36,527 nucleotides of DNA. It comes from Candidatus Micrarchaeia archaeon (GTDB taxonomy: Archaea > Micrarchaeota > Micrarchaeia > Burarchaeales > JAVZCV01). The number at the start of each line of letters is the position of its first letter. The first letter of the stretch is position 1. Shown here piece after piece: positions 8,029-16,811 of this stretch. Both the position numbers and the translations under genes were made by a program. The stretch is taken from NCBI GenBank assembly GCA_038874215.1, contig JAVZCV010000004.1, positions 1-36,527 of the forward strand. Direction: 5' to 3'. Under the pieces are notes generated by a model. The model searched no databases. It saw only the letters and a list, made by a program, of their open reading frames with translations, and had not been told where the DNA came from.

Positions 8029-9199
8029 ACCTTCTCTTGAACTTGAAGGAAAGCACGTAGTCTATTGTGTGTGCAGCAGCGTCGCTGCAATAAAGGCACC
8101 CGAGATAGCCCGAGGCATGGTTAGGAGAGGGGCGAAGGTAACATGCGTCATAAGCGAGCCTGCGAAGGATATAATCGGCGTCAATGCGCTTGAATGGGCG
8201 AGCGGCAATAAGGTGATAGACAGAATAACTGGCATGGCGGAGCATGTGCTTCTTGCAGGGGGAGAGAAAGGAGGGGCAGATGCGCTTCTGATAGCTCCTT
8301 GCACGACTGCAACAATCGGAAAAATCGCCAACGGCATATCCGATACGAACATCACGCTTTTTGCCCTAACGGCTCTCGGTTCCCGCATACCAATCGTGAT
8401 AGCGCCAGCGATGCATCTCTCACTTTATAACCAGCCCATCGTTGCGGAAAATGTGAAAAAACTTGAAGAGAATGGTGTTGTTTTCGTTGGACCAAAGATA
8501 GAGGAAGGGAAGGCGAAGCTGGTGGATACCGAGGATATAATAGATCACGTAGTGAGGGCAGTTTACAAAAAAACGCTTGCGGGCAAGAGAGTGGTTGTGA
8601 GCGCCGGTGCGACGAGAGAGAAGATAGACGACGTTCGTTTTTTGTCAAATCCTTCAAGCGGAAAGATGGGGATAGAGCTTGCAAGAGAGGCATGGCTTCG
8701 CGGAGCCGACGTCATTCTTTACAAAGGAAATGTTAGCGTTCGCCTGCCCAACTACATAAAAAAAGTTGATGCGCCCGATTTTTCCTCTATGAAAAAAATA
8801 GTAAATGAAAAAGCAGACTTCATGCTTCTCGCAGCTGCTGTTGGGGATTTCGCTCCTGAGAAGCATGATGGGAAAATCCCATCTGAAAGCGAAATAGTTA
8901 TAAGGCTGAAGCCCAACCCGAAAATATACAAAAATGCAAAAGCAAAATGCCTCGTTATATTCAAAGCGGAGTGCAACGCAAACGATGAACAACTACTGAA
9001 AGCGATGCAAGAAAGAATTGAAGAAGGCTATGCGGACATTGTAATCGGCAATGACGTTATGCGGAAGGGTTGCGGTTTCGGCAGCGATTACAACAGAATA
9101 ATACTCCTTAAAAAAGGCTGCTCGCCAGTAAAGCTTGAGGGAAGCAAAAGAGAACTCGCCAAAAGAATATGGGATGCTATCTTACACCAGAAATCGTGA
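8021..9199 (+). CDS. coaBC: Bifunctional phosphopantothenoylcysteine decarboxylase/phosphopantothenate-cysteine ligase (Dfp)
   Basis: SSVAAIK, IAPCTTATIGKIANGISD, APAMH, SAGATREKIDDVRFLSNPSSGKMG, AAAVGDF, FKAE. Confidence 0.93.
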   Translation: MDKPSLELEGKHVVYCVCSSVAAIKAPEIARGMVRRGAKVTCVISEPAKDIIGVNALEWASGNKVIDRITGMAEHVLLAGGEKGGADALLIAPCTTATIGKIANGISDTNITLFALTALGSRIPIVIAPAMHLSLYNQPIVAENVKKLEENGVVFVGPKIEEGKAKLVDTEDIIDHVVRAVYKKTLAGKRVVVSAGATREKIDDVRFLSNPSSGKMGIELAREAWLRGADVILYKGNVSVRLPNYIKKVDAPDFSSMKKIVNEKADFMLLAAAVGDFAPEKHDGKIPSESEIVIRLKPNPKIYKNAKAKCLVIFKAECNANDEQLLKAMQERIEEGYADIVIGNDVMRKGCGFGSDYNRIILLKKGCSPVKLEGSKRELAKRIWDAILHQKS

Positions 9200-10124
9200 A
9201 TTCAACCCCAAACGATACGAGCATGAATAGCATGTAAATAACTATCAGGAGAACTCCATCAGAAGGCTCAAGCTTTCTTTTCGTTTCAAGCAGGTAAAGA
9301 AGCGTTATAGTAGTTATAACGAAGAACGTGAGTATTGCAGAAAATATCATTATGTCTATCGTTGCGGGGTGTATTATCGCTGATACCCCAAGAACGAGAG
9401 TCATGTTCGTCATCGCGCTCCCAAATATCTCACCAAATGCAAGCGAGAACCTCCCGCGCCTTACAGCAGCGGCGTTTATTGCGAGTTCTGGAAGCGCTGT
9501 GCCGAGCGCTATAACAGTAGCACCCATGAAGCTCTTATCCAACTTAAGTATCCTTGCAAGTTCTACTGCTGATGAAACAACGAAGAAAGCGCATATCATC
9601 ACCACGCCGAGCGAGATTATGAAATGCACGAAAGACCTTGTCGCCTCGGCTCGTGTCACGCCGTCCCCATGAAGTATCCCTACTCTCTCACGCGAGACTA
9701 AATACAGGTATGCAATAAAAACGAGAATGAGCAGGAAGCCCTCAGCTCTTCCCATACCCCCTCTTAAAAGCAGGGCGAGCGGTATTATTGCAAGCGCAAA
9801 AAGGAGCTTTATTGATTCCTCGGTTTCATGCTCCCTTATGTATATCGTTCTTATGAGGGCGCATATCCCCAATATGATGCACATGTCCACCATGTTTGAG
9901 CCTATCACATTGCCAACTGCTATTGCGCTTTCTCCCATCACGCTTGACATAATGGCAACAGTAAGTTCTGGAATTGAAACTGAAATTGAAATAAGAACGA
10001 AACCAGCGGCTACTTCACCTATGCGAAGAAACCGTGTAATCTTTATAGCGTCAACGACTATGCGCTCCGCAAAAACTGAGAGAACACCTAACGATAAAAG
10101 AAGAACAAGGACAGTTTGTAGCAT
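9177..10124 (-). CDS. Sodium/calcium (CaCA, YrbG-like) antiporter
   Basis: About 10 TM helices with two alpha repeats: SVSIPELTV...GNVIGSN and GTALPELA...GEIFGSAMTN. Confidence 0.88.
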   Translation of the reverse strand: MLQTVLVLLLSLGVLSVFAERIVVDAIKITRFLRIGEVAAGFVLISISVSIPELTVAIMSSVMGESAIAVGNVIGSNMVDMCIILGICALIRTIYIREHETEESIKLLFALAIIPLALLLRGGMGRAEGFLLILVFIAYLYLVSRERVGILHGDGVTRAEATRSFVHFIISLGVVMICAFFVVSSAVELARILKLDKSFMGATVIALGTALPELAINAAAVRRGRFSLAFGEIFGSAMTNMTLVLGVSAIIHPATIDIMIFSAILTFFVITTITLLYLLETKRKLEPSDGVLLIVIYMLFMLVSFGVEFTISGVR

Positions 10125-10125
10125 G

Positions 10126-10557
10126 TCACACCCTCTTTTCCTTATATCTTTTCAAGGCCCCTGCTATCTTCTCATCTTTCAACGCGAGTATCCTCGCTGC
10201 AAGAAGCGCTGCGTTCTTCCCGTTGTCTATCCCAACAGTTGCGACTGGAACACCCGACGGCATCTGCATCATGCTGAGTAGTGCATCAAGCCCCTCAAGC
10301 TTTACGTTAACGGGGACACCTATGACTGGCAAATCTGTCTTTGAGGCTATAACCCCGGGCAGGGCGGCAGAGAGCCCCGCTATTGCGATTATAACCTTAG
10401 CATCAGTTTTTCTCACCAAATCGTCAACTTTTTCTGGGGTGCGGTGGGCAGATGCAACCTCAACTTTGTTTGAAACGCCAAGCTCGTTCAGAATTTCAAC
10501 AGCGCTATCCGCTATTTTTCTATCCGATTCGCTGCCTATTATGATAAGCACATCCAT
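10126..10557 (-). CDS. purE: N5-carboxyaminoimidazole ribonucleotide mutase / AIR carboxylase
   Basis: [42 protein letters not shown]. Start trimmed to the ATG at 10557. Confidence 0.95.
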   Translation of the reverse strand: MDVLIIIGSESDRKIADSAVEILNELGVSNKVEVASAHRTPEKVDDLVRKTDAKVIIAIAGLSAALPGVIASKTDLPVIGVPVNVKLEGLDALLSMMQMPSGVPVATVGIDNGKNAALLAARILALKDEKIAGALKRYKEKRV

Positions 10558-10561
10558 AGAA

Positions 10562-11440
10562 CTACCTCGCAAATCTTTTCCCAGTTATCCTTTCGTATGC
10601 CTCTATATACCGCTCAGACGTATTATTTACTATCTCGGCGGGCAGTGTGGGTGGTGGGGGTTGTTTGTTCCAGCCCAAACTCTCCAAGTAGTCCCGCACA
10701 TACTGCTTATCAAAACTCTTCTGCGGTCTTCCAGGTTCATATTCTGAAGCAGGCCAAAAGCGGGATGAATCTGGCGTAAGAACTTCATCTATCAGTATTA
10801 TCCTCCCATCATGCTCCCCGAACTCAAACTTCGTATCCGATATTATTATCCCCCTTTTTTCAGCCTTTTTGCTCGCCTTTTCGTAAATTGATATGCTGCG
10901 TTCTTTGAGCTCATCAAAAACGTCTTTTCCTACGAGCTCGATCGCCTCTTTCTCAGTTATGTTTATATCATGCCCAGTTTTCGCCTTTGTTGCAGGCGTG
11001 AAAATCGGCTCTGGCAATCTCTCGGAAAGCCTCAGTCCCTTTGGTAGCTCTATGCCACACACACTCCCCTTATCCTGATACTCTTTCCAAGCGCTCCCTG
11101 CCAGATAGCCCCTCACAACACATTCTATTGGCATGGGCTTTGCTCTCCTTACCACAACAGTTCTCCTCTCTAAAAACCTGTATCCTTCAAGTTCCTTCGG
11201 GACTTTTGTAGAGACTATCTGGTCTCCTTCTTTCAAAAAATCAAACCAGAAAAGCGACAGTTGTGTTAAGACTATCCCTTTATAAGGGATTCCCTCGTTG
11301 AAAACAACATCAAAAGCCGATAGCCTATCCGTTGCGACCATAAGGAGATTCTCTCCAAGTTCGTATGTATCCCTAACTTTTCCACGGTAGAATAGGGGCA
11401 ATGGTAATTCTGCTTTCAACAAAACTTCCACGTTTGCCAT
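10562..11440 (-). CDS. purC: SAICAR synthetase
   Basis: [63 protein letters not shown]. Start trimmed to the ATG at 11440, with TTTATAAA at 11463-11470. Confidence 0.95.
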   Translation of the reverse strand: MANVEVLLKAELPLPLFYRGKVRDTYELGENLLMVATDRLSAFDVVFNEGIPYKGIVLTQLSLFWFDFLKEGDQIVSTKVPKELEGYRFLERRTVVVRRAKPMPIECVVRGYLAGSAWKEYQDKGSVCGIELPKGLRLSERLPEPIFTPATKAKTGHDINITEKEAIELVGKDVFDELKERSISIYEKASKKAEKRGIIISDTKFEFGEHDGRIILIDEVLTPDSSRFWPASEYEPGRPQKSFDKQYVRDYLESLGWNKQPPPPTLPAEIVNNTSERYIEAYERITGKRFAR

Positions 11441-11495
11441 GCATTCTATTCTCTCAACTAAATTTATAAAATAAACGAATAGCCTCATCTTCCAG

Positions 11496-12383
11496 CTAGA
11501 CGAGAGCCCATTCAATCCCGCCCAAAAGAAAGCCGAGCAAACCTACAGCGAGAGCTACAAGGCTTACTACCCTACATCTATGGAGCGAAGATATTGAGTG
11601 GTCAAGTGGTATAACAACCATACAGTATATAAGGAGCATGTCCGCAACCGCTATCGGTATGAGATACATGAGACCAAAGTTAAAGAGAAAGTGGGGAAGA
11701 AAACTTAGAATCACTGCAACCATATAGATGATTGAACATAGATATGCTGTTCTTTCAACACCGATAACCATCGGCAATGTAACCGCGCCCCTTGCCAGCC
11801 TATCCCCCTCCACATCTTCCATAGTTTTTGCAATTTCCCTTCCCAGCCCAACAAAAAACGCTATTGCGCTTAGAACGAGGATTTTACTTGATAGCGTTTC
11901 TATAACTGCAAAGTTCCCGAATATAAACGGTATCGCCATTGTCGTTGCTATGTAGGCATTCCCAGCAAGCGGCATATCCTTCAGCTTATAGTTATATACA
12001 ACCGAAAGGGCTGAAAAGAGAAATGCTATTATGATGCACTGCATGGGAAGAAACAAAGACGACACCAGTCCAAACAAAAAGCCGAAGACTGACAAATAAA
12101 GAGCCGTTTTTCTGGACAAATCCCCCCTGGCAAGAGGTCTGTCCATCCTTTTGTTTATCTTGTCGGTCTCAACATCGGCATAATCGTTAAGAGCGAAAGA
12201 GCCTATCTCTATGAAAAATGCCGTTGCCATGCTCGTCAGGAGAGTTCCAAAGCCTATCACTGCAAGAGCATCTGGAAACCGCGACCCAATAGCCACTATT
12301 TCCCCAATCATAACGGCAACAGAGAGCATTACTGCATGGTCAATTCTCGTAAGCTCGTACAAAGCCTTCAATTTTTTGAACAT
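11496..12383 (-). CDS. UbiA-family prenyltransferase, likely digeranylgeranylglyceryl phosphate (DGGGP) synthase
   Basis: NDYADVETDKINK..RPLARG and REIAKTMEDVEGD aspartate-rich motifs, multiple TM helices; GGAGGT RBS before the ATG at 12383. Confidence 0.85.
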   Translation of the reverse strand: MFKKLKALYELTRIDHAVMLSVAVMIGEIVAIGSRFPDALAVIGFGTLLTSMATAFFIEIGSFALNDYADVETDKINKRMDRPLARGDLSRKTALYLSVFGFLFGLVSSLFLPMQCIIIAFLFSALSVVYNYKLKDMPLAGNAYIATTMAIPFIFGNFAVIETLSSKILVLSAIAFFVGLGREIAKTMEDVEGDRLARGAVTLPMVIGVERTAYLCSIIYMVAVILSFLPHFLFNFGLMYLIPIAVADMLLIYCMVVIPLDHSISSLHRCRVVSLVALAVGLLGFLLGGIEWALV

Positions 12384-13114
12384 GCAGACCTCCTTGCTAT
12401 GAGCGATGCGCATGCCCCTGCTCCTACACCGTTATCTATATTCACAACAGTTAAAAAACTGCAGCTCTGCAACATCGCCTTCAAAGCACCCTCTCCATTT
12501 CCCCCGAATCCGTATCCTACGGATGTTGGTAATCCTATAACAGGTATATCTACGATACCCGCAACTATTGAGGGCAGAGCGCCCTCCCTTCCAGCTGCGA
12601 CTACAAGACAGTCAGCAGAGCTCATTTTCTTTAATGCCCTAAAAAGCCTATGTATGCCCGCAATTCCTACATCATATGCACGAATAACCTTGCAACCCAT
12701 TAGCTCTGCAATTACCGCAGCTTCCTCTGCCACTCCTATATCGGCAGTTCCTGCAGCCAGAACGCCAACAACCCCGCCGCCTTCTCTCTTCGGTGAAGGT
12801 CTCACAACAATTATCCCCGCCCTCCTATAATATTTTAGCCTGATTTTCTTAGACCTAAGAAAGTGCACATGCTTTTCTGAAACCCTGCTCACTATGCAGT
12901 TCTTCCTGCCCTTCACTATTCTGTAAATTTCCTCCATTTTCTTTCCCTCAGCAAGCACGATTTCGGGAATACCAACACGCGCGACCCTGCCCTTGTCAAG
13001 GTTTGCAATATCGCTTATTTTCTCTATGCTATAAAACCGCAACAGCCTCTCAGCTTCTTCTGGTGAGATGCTACCATCTTTTAACAGTCTAACAACCCTA
13101 CGTATCTCACTCAT
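12368..13114 (-). CDS. larB: Nickel-pincer cofactor biosynthesis protein LarB (PurE-like carboxylase/hydrolase)
   Basis: GIPEIVLAEGK, AAGTADIGVAEEA, DVGIAGIHRL, AGREGALPS, PTSVGYG, VNIDNGVGA. Start trimmed to the ATG at 13114. Confidence 0.93.
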   Translation of the reverse strand: MSEIRRVVRLLKDGSISPEEAERLLRFYSIEKISDIANLDKGRVARVGIPEIVLAEGKKMEEIYRIVKGRKNCIVSRVSEKHVHFLRSKKIRLKYYRRAGIIVVRPSPKREGGGVVGVLAAGTADIGVAEEAAVIAELMGCKVIRAYDVGIAGIHRLFRALKKMSSADCLVVAAGREGALPSIVAGIVDIPVIGLPTSVGYGFGGNGEGALKAMLQSCSFLTVVNIDNGVGAGACASLIARRSACSKN

Positions 13115-13871
13115 TGAATCCCCCACCCCTTTTGTACCCTTCGGGGTCTAAGACTACGAGGTCAAATCCCTTGGATTTCAGCATTCCCGAAATCTCTTCG
13201 GCTTTCTCAAAAAGCTCCCCAACATCTTCTTTATTCACTTCAATCCTCGCCATTCTCACCCCCCCACTTTCATGAACCCTTATGCGGACGTTTCTGAACC
13301 CCAAAACTCTAATATAGTTTTCAACCCTGTCTATAACCCGCATGAATCTTTTTTTTATTTTAACATTTGGTTGAAAACGCGAGCATAAGCATGCAGAAGA
13401 TTCCCTATCCCAATTTGGCAGTTCCCATCTCTTTGCAAGTTCTCGTACGTCTTCCTTCCTCATCCCTATCTCCATCAGGGGTGATCTTACACCGAGTTCC
13501 CTGAGAGCCTGCATACCAGGCCTATAATCGTCCAAATCATCATAATTTGACCCATCCAGTATCACTCTCTCACCAAACCTTCTTTTTATCAAAGAGAAAA
13601 TACTCTTTTTGCAGTAATAACACCTCCCCTCTTTATTCTCAAGGACTTTCTTTGGAATCATTCTTCTCAACATAACATGCTCAATTCCTATTTTCTTTGC
13701 GATGGTTTGCGCCCATCTTACATCTTCAGCAGGCATGCTCTCATCAACAACAGTAACCGCAAGAGAGGATGGATTCGCCAGATACGCTGCCTTCGCAACA
13801 ACGCTACTGTCGACTCCGCCCGAAAGAGCGACTACGTAGTTTCCACCGCGGAGATGCTCAACGAGGTTCAT
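13107..13871 (-). CDS. larE: ATP-dependent sulfur transferase LarE (PP-loop)
   Basis: ALSGGVDS, RCYYCK, DGSNYDDLDDYRPGMQA, SPL, ACLCSR, RIRVH...ARIEV. Start trimmed to the ATG at 13871. Confidence 0.92.
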   Translation of the reverse strand: MNLVEHLRGGNYVVALSGGVDSSVVAKAAYLANPSSLAVTVVDESMPAEDVRWAQTIAKKIGIEHVMLRRMIPKKVLENKEGRCYYCKKSIFSLIKRRFGERVILDGSNYDDLDDYRPGMQALRELGVRSPLMEIGMRKEDVRELAKRWELPNWDRESSACLCSRFQPNVKIKKRFMRVIDRVENYIRVLGFRNVRIRVHESGGVRMARIEVNKEDVGELFEKAEEISGMLKSKGFDLVVLDPEGYKRGGGFNE

Positions 13872-13903
13872 GTTTTTAATCTTAATCGGAAAAAAACTAA
13901 AAC

Positions 13904-14959
13904 ATGTTACTATTTGACCCACGCCACGGCGCATCGGGCGACATGATACTATCCGCTCTCATTGATTTAGGTGCAGACGAAAAAAAGATAGAGAGGCTAT
14001 TCAACGGTTTGGTTCGCTTTTCTGAAACAAAAAAAGTTGGCATAAGGGCAAAAAAACTGGTTTTAAAAAACAACCCCAAGATGAGTATCTCTGAAATCCA
14101 GCGCAGAATAAAAAGCGCAAATATCGGAAGCGATGCAAAAAAACTTGCGCTCGGGATATTCCGCCTTATCCTTAATGCAGAAGCACGTGTGCACAGAAGC
14201 CGAGAGCTTCATCTCCACCAGATAGGGGAGTTTGATACTTTCTTGGATATAGTCGGCACATGCGCCGCCCTTGAATCGCTCGGATATCCAGAGGTTTATA
14301 GCCTCCCTATAAACTGCGGAAGTCCTGCACCCGCAACGATGCAGATTATATCCTCAAAGCGATTCCCGGTGATAATTGGCGGGCCCCATGAGCTTGCAAC
14401 GCCAACAGGCGTTGCAATACTTGCCATGATAGCGAAGCCTGTTTCAAACATGGGGCTCATCCCAAAAAGGGTCGGGAGAGGGGCTGGGGAAAAGGATTAC
14501 GAGTGGCCGAATGTGTTAACTGTTATAGAAGCAGAAGATAAGACAGATACTTCTACTGTAATATTGGAAACCAATGTTGATGACACGACAGGGGAAGTTT
14601 TGGGGTATGCTATTGAGAGGCTTATGGAAAGCGGTGCCAAAGATGCTTATCTACTCCCTGTTTTTGGTAAAAAGGGCAGGCCAGGTTATAAGCTTGAGGT
14701 AATATGCGATGTTGCCAAAGCTCACAGTTTGGTGCGCCTAATAATGGATGAAACAGGGACGCTTGGGGTTCGTGAAATAGAGTGTAAAAAGCATTCGTTA
14801 GGGAGGTCTTTCTATTCCGTAAAAACTGAGAACGGAAAGATAAAAATTAAAAGGGCCCACGGAATACAAAAAGAAAAACCAGAATACGAGGATATATATA
14901 AAATAGCAAGAAAAAGCAGAATCCCTCTAAGAACTTTGCTAAATAAATTCTCAAAATAA
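13904..14959 (+). CDS. larC: Nickel insertase LarC (strand corrected relative to the ORF track)
   Basis: The plus strand reads ATG TTA CTA TTT GAC CCA at 13904 and TAA at 14957-14959. Motifs GASGDMILSALIDLG, AEARVH, ELATPTG, ETNVDD, KKGRPG, ETGTLGVRE, KPEYED. Confidence 0.92.
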   Translation: MLLFDPRHGASGDMILSALIDLGADEKKIERLFNGLVRFSETKKVGIRAKKLVLKNNPKMSISEIQRRIKSANIGSDAKKLALGIFRLILNAEARVHRSRELHLHQIGEFDTFLDIVGTCAALESLGYPEVYSLPINCGSPAPATMQIISSKRFPVIIGGPHELATPTGVAILAMIAKPVSNMGLIPKRVGRGAGEKDYEWPNVLTVIEAEDKTDTSTVILETNVDDTTGEVLGYAIERLMESGAKDAYLLPVFGKKGRPGYKLEVICDVAKAHSLVRLIMDETGTLGVREIECKKHSLGRSFYSVKTENGKIKIKRAHGIQKEKPEYEDIYKIARKSRIPLRTLLNKFSK

Positions 14960-15000
14960 GGAAAAGAGAGCTATAATTAGACTAAAAAGGCATATTTTTC

Positions 15001-15090
15001 CTTATACTACCCCAAATGGCAATAGTATGATTTATGCTACCCAGAAAAAATTTTCTGTTGCTTATATCACTCAAAAACGCATTAGAATTA
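15001..15090. repeat. Degenerate 30-bp-period repeat in an AT-rich intergenic region
   Basis: Units start at 15001 (CTTATACTACCC), 15031 (TTTATGCTACCC) and 15061 (CTTATATCACTC); units 1 and 3 match at 21 of 30 positions. Confidence 0.5.
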
Positions 15091-15115
15091 AAAAAAACAC
15101 TCGGATTACGATATA

Positions 15116-15152
15116 TTTATAAATAATTCTCCTGCTATAAAAATAGGAGGTG
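15116..15152 (+). promoter_or_regulatory. TATA box and Shine-Dalgarno site for the speD-speB pair
   Basis: TTTATAAA at 15116-15123; GGAGGTG at 15146-15152 upstream of the ATG at 15161. Confidence 0.6.
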
Positions 15153-15160
15153 TCAAAAAA

Positions 15161-15580
15161 ATGTATGGTCCGCATCTGATGCTTGACTGCTATGGATGTA
15201 ACAAGAAAAAGCTGGGTGATCTTGACTATATATACAAGTTCCTTGATGCGTTTCCTGCTTTAATCGGCATGCACAAAATAATGCCCCCTGTCACTACTGT
15301 TTATGAGAGCCAAATGAAACCTGAAGATTGGGGCATATCGGGCGTCGTGCTGATAGCCGAAAGCCATATAAGCGTCCATACCTACCCAGAGAAGCGTTAT
15401 GTTGTAGTGGATGTGTTTTCTTGCAAGGACTTTGATATAGATGAAGCAGCGATCCACATAGCATCCGCCTTTGATGCAAAGCGATACGAGAAGAGCTTCC
15501 TTTGGCGTGGCAGAGAGTTTCCAAAAGACATGGCAGAGGTCGGAAGAATAGTAAGTATGCAAAGGAAAAGGCTTCTTTAG
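15161..15580 (+). CDS. speD: Pyruvoyl-dependent SpeD-family decarboxylase proenzyme (AdoMetDC or neofunctionalised arginine decarboxylase)
   Basis: GPHLMLDCYGC, GISGVVLIAESHISVHTYPE (E-S self-cleavage site), DVFSCK. Confidence 0.88.
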   Translation: MYGPHLMLDCYGCNKKKLGDLDYIYKFLDAFPALIGMHKIMPPVTTVYESQMKPEDWGISGVVLIAESHISVHTYPEKRYVVVDVFSCKDFDIDEAAIHIASAFDAKRYEKSFLWRGREFPKDMAEVGRIVSMQRKRLL

Positions 15581-15588
15581 TCGTTTTT

Positions 15589-16470
15589 ATGGATTTCTAC
15601 TCCCTACCACCCCGCAATTTCCTAGGTTTAGAAAACCAAAGGCTTGAGAATTCCCGAGTTGTTGTAGTTCCAGTTCCATACGATGGAACAACGACTTATA
15701 GGGGAGGCGCAAGATACGGCCCGAGGGCGATAATAGACGCTTCTATGAATATAGAGCTCTACGATATAGAATTAGATTGCGAACCATCAAAAATAGGCAT
15801 TTTTACTCTCAATGAAGTTGAGCCCGATAAAAGCAGCGTTGAAAAAACGCTCGCCCGTGTTGAATATGTGGTATCTGAAATTCTTGAAAAGGACAAATTT
15901 CCAGTCCTGCTTGGCGGGGAGCACTCTCTGACAATAGGTGTGGTGCGTGCAATTCTCAAAAAATTTCCCAATTTGAGCGTTTTGCAACTGGATGCCCATG
16001 CAGACATGAGAGACGAGTATGAGGGAACAAAGTATAACCATGCCTGCGTTATGCGAAGATTAAGGGAGATGTGCAATATTGTCCAGCAGGTTGGCATAAG
16101 AAGCATGAGTGCCGAAGAAAATGCGCATATACGAGAAAAGCTCATGATGGGCAGCTTATATTTTTCAGACAGGTTCAGTGAAGCGGCGATAGACGAAATT
16201 ACAACACGTTTAGGAGAAGACGTTTATATAACAATAGATTTAGACGTTTTTGACCCTTCTGAAATGCCCTCTGTCGGAACTCCCGAGCCCGGAGGCATGA
16301 AATGGTCCGAAGTTTTATCTCTTCTGAAAAAAGTTGGCCAGAGAAAGAATATCGTTGGGTTTGACGTTGTTGAGCTCTCCCCAATAAGCGGAAACATCGC
16401 GCCCGATTTCATGGCGGCAAAATTGGTTTACAAGATGATAGGGTACTCCTTCTATCATGTATTGAAATAG
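15589..16470 (+). CDS. speB: Agmatinase
   Basis: PYDGTTTYRGGARYGP, GGEHS, DAHAD, HAC, DLDVFDPS..VGTPEPGG, DVVEL. Start trimmed to the ATG at 15589. Confidence 0.93.
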   Translation: MDFYSLPPRNFLGLENQRLENSRVVVVPVPYDGTTTYRGGARYGPRAIIDASMNIELYDIELDCEPSKIGIFTLNEVEPDKSSVEKTLARVEYVVSEILEKDKFPVLLGGEHSLTIGVVRAILKKFPNLSVLQLDAHADMRDEYEGTKYNHACVMRRLREMCNIVQQVGIRSMSAEENAHIREKLMMGSLYFSDRFSEAAIDEITTRLGEDVYITIDLDVFDPSEMPSVGTPEPGGMKWSEVLSLLKKVGQRKNIVGFDVVELSPISGNIAPDFMAAKLVYKMIGYSFYHVLK

Positions 16471-16535
16471 TTCGTTAATCGTACAACATACATTTATATA
16501 GAGAGTTTGCGTAATAAATATTGCGAGGCGATGAA

Positions 16536-16811
16536 ATGACATTTGAAAAGAAGAAGGATAATGTATTCGTGCCTCCTATGCCCGCACCAAAAATTACAGA
16601 AAAACCGTTGGCAGGCACCCCAGAAGAAGCCAAAAATGAACCTCGTAAAGAAAATCTCTTCAACAACAAGAGTGACATCAAAGCTTATGCCCACAGCCAA
16701 CTTCCCCTTCATTCCAAGCCCCAGCCTACCCTAGCTTCATACTTCCTGATATCCGAACCAATACTTCTCGTTACAGATCAACGAAAGCTAGGTCCACTTG
16801 TCAGCCTATAG
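16536..16811 (+). CDS. Hypothetical Pro/Lys-rich small protein
   Basis: Fills the gap before the TPR gene; TTTATATA at 16493-16500 and GAGGCG upstream; no recognisable domain. Confidence 0.45.
   Translation: MTFEKKKDNVFVPPMPAPKITEKPLAGTPEEAKNEPRKENLFNNKSDIKAYAHSQLPLHSKPQPTLASYFLISEPILLVTDQRKLGPLVSL

Noticed and set aside
8021-9199. CoaBC lacking the bacterial LACG catalytic-clamp motif as a sign of inactivation
   Set aside because: The GP..EEGKAK form is usual in archaeal Dfp proteins.
13904-14959. ORF-track assignment of the 351-aa LarC ORF to the minus strand
   Set aside because: ATG at 13904 and TAA at 14957-14959 encode this protein on the plus strand.
15001-15090. CRISPR array
   Set aside because: Units are short and degenerate with a 30-bp period, leaving no room for repeat plus spacer, and no cas genes are present.
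15128-15150. Hairpin CTCCTG/TAGGAG that could sequester the speD Shine-Dalgarno site
   Set aside because: The TATA box at 15116-15123 predicts a start near 15146, so the 5' arm is probably not transcribed.
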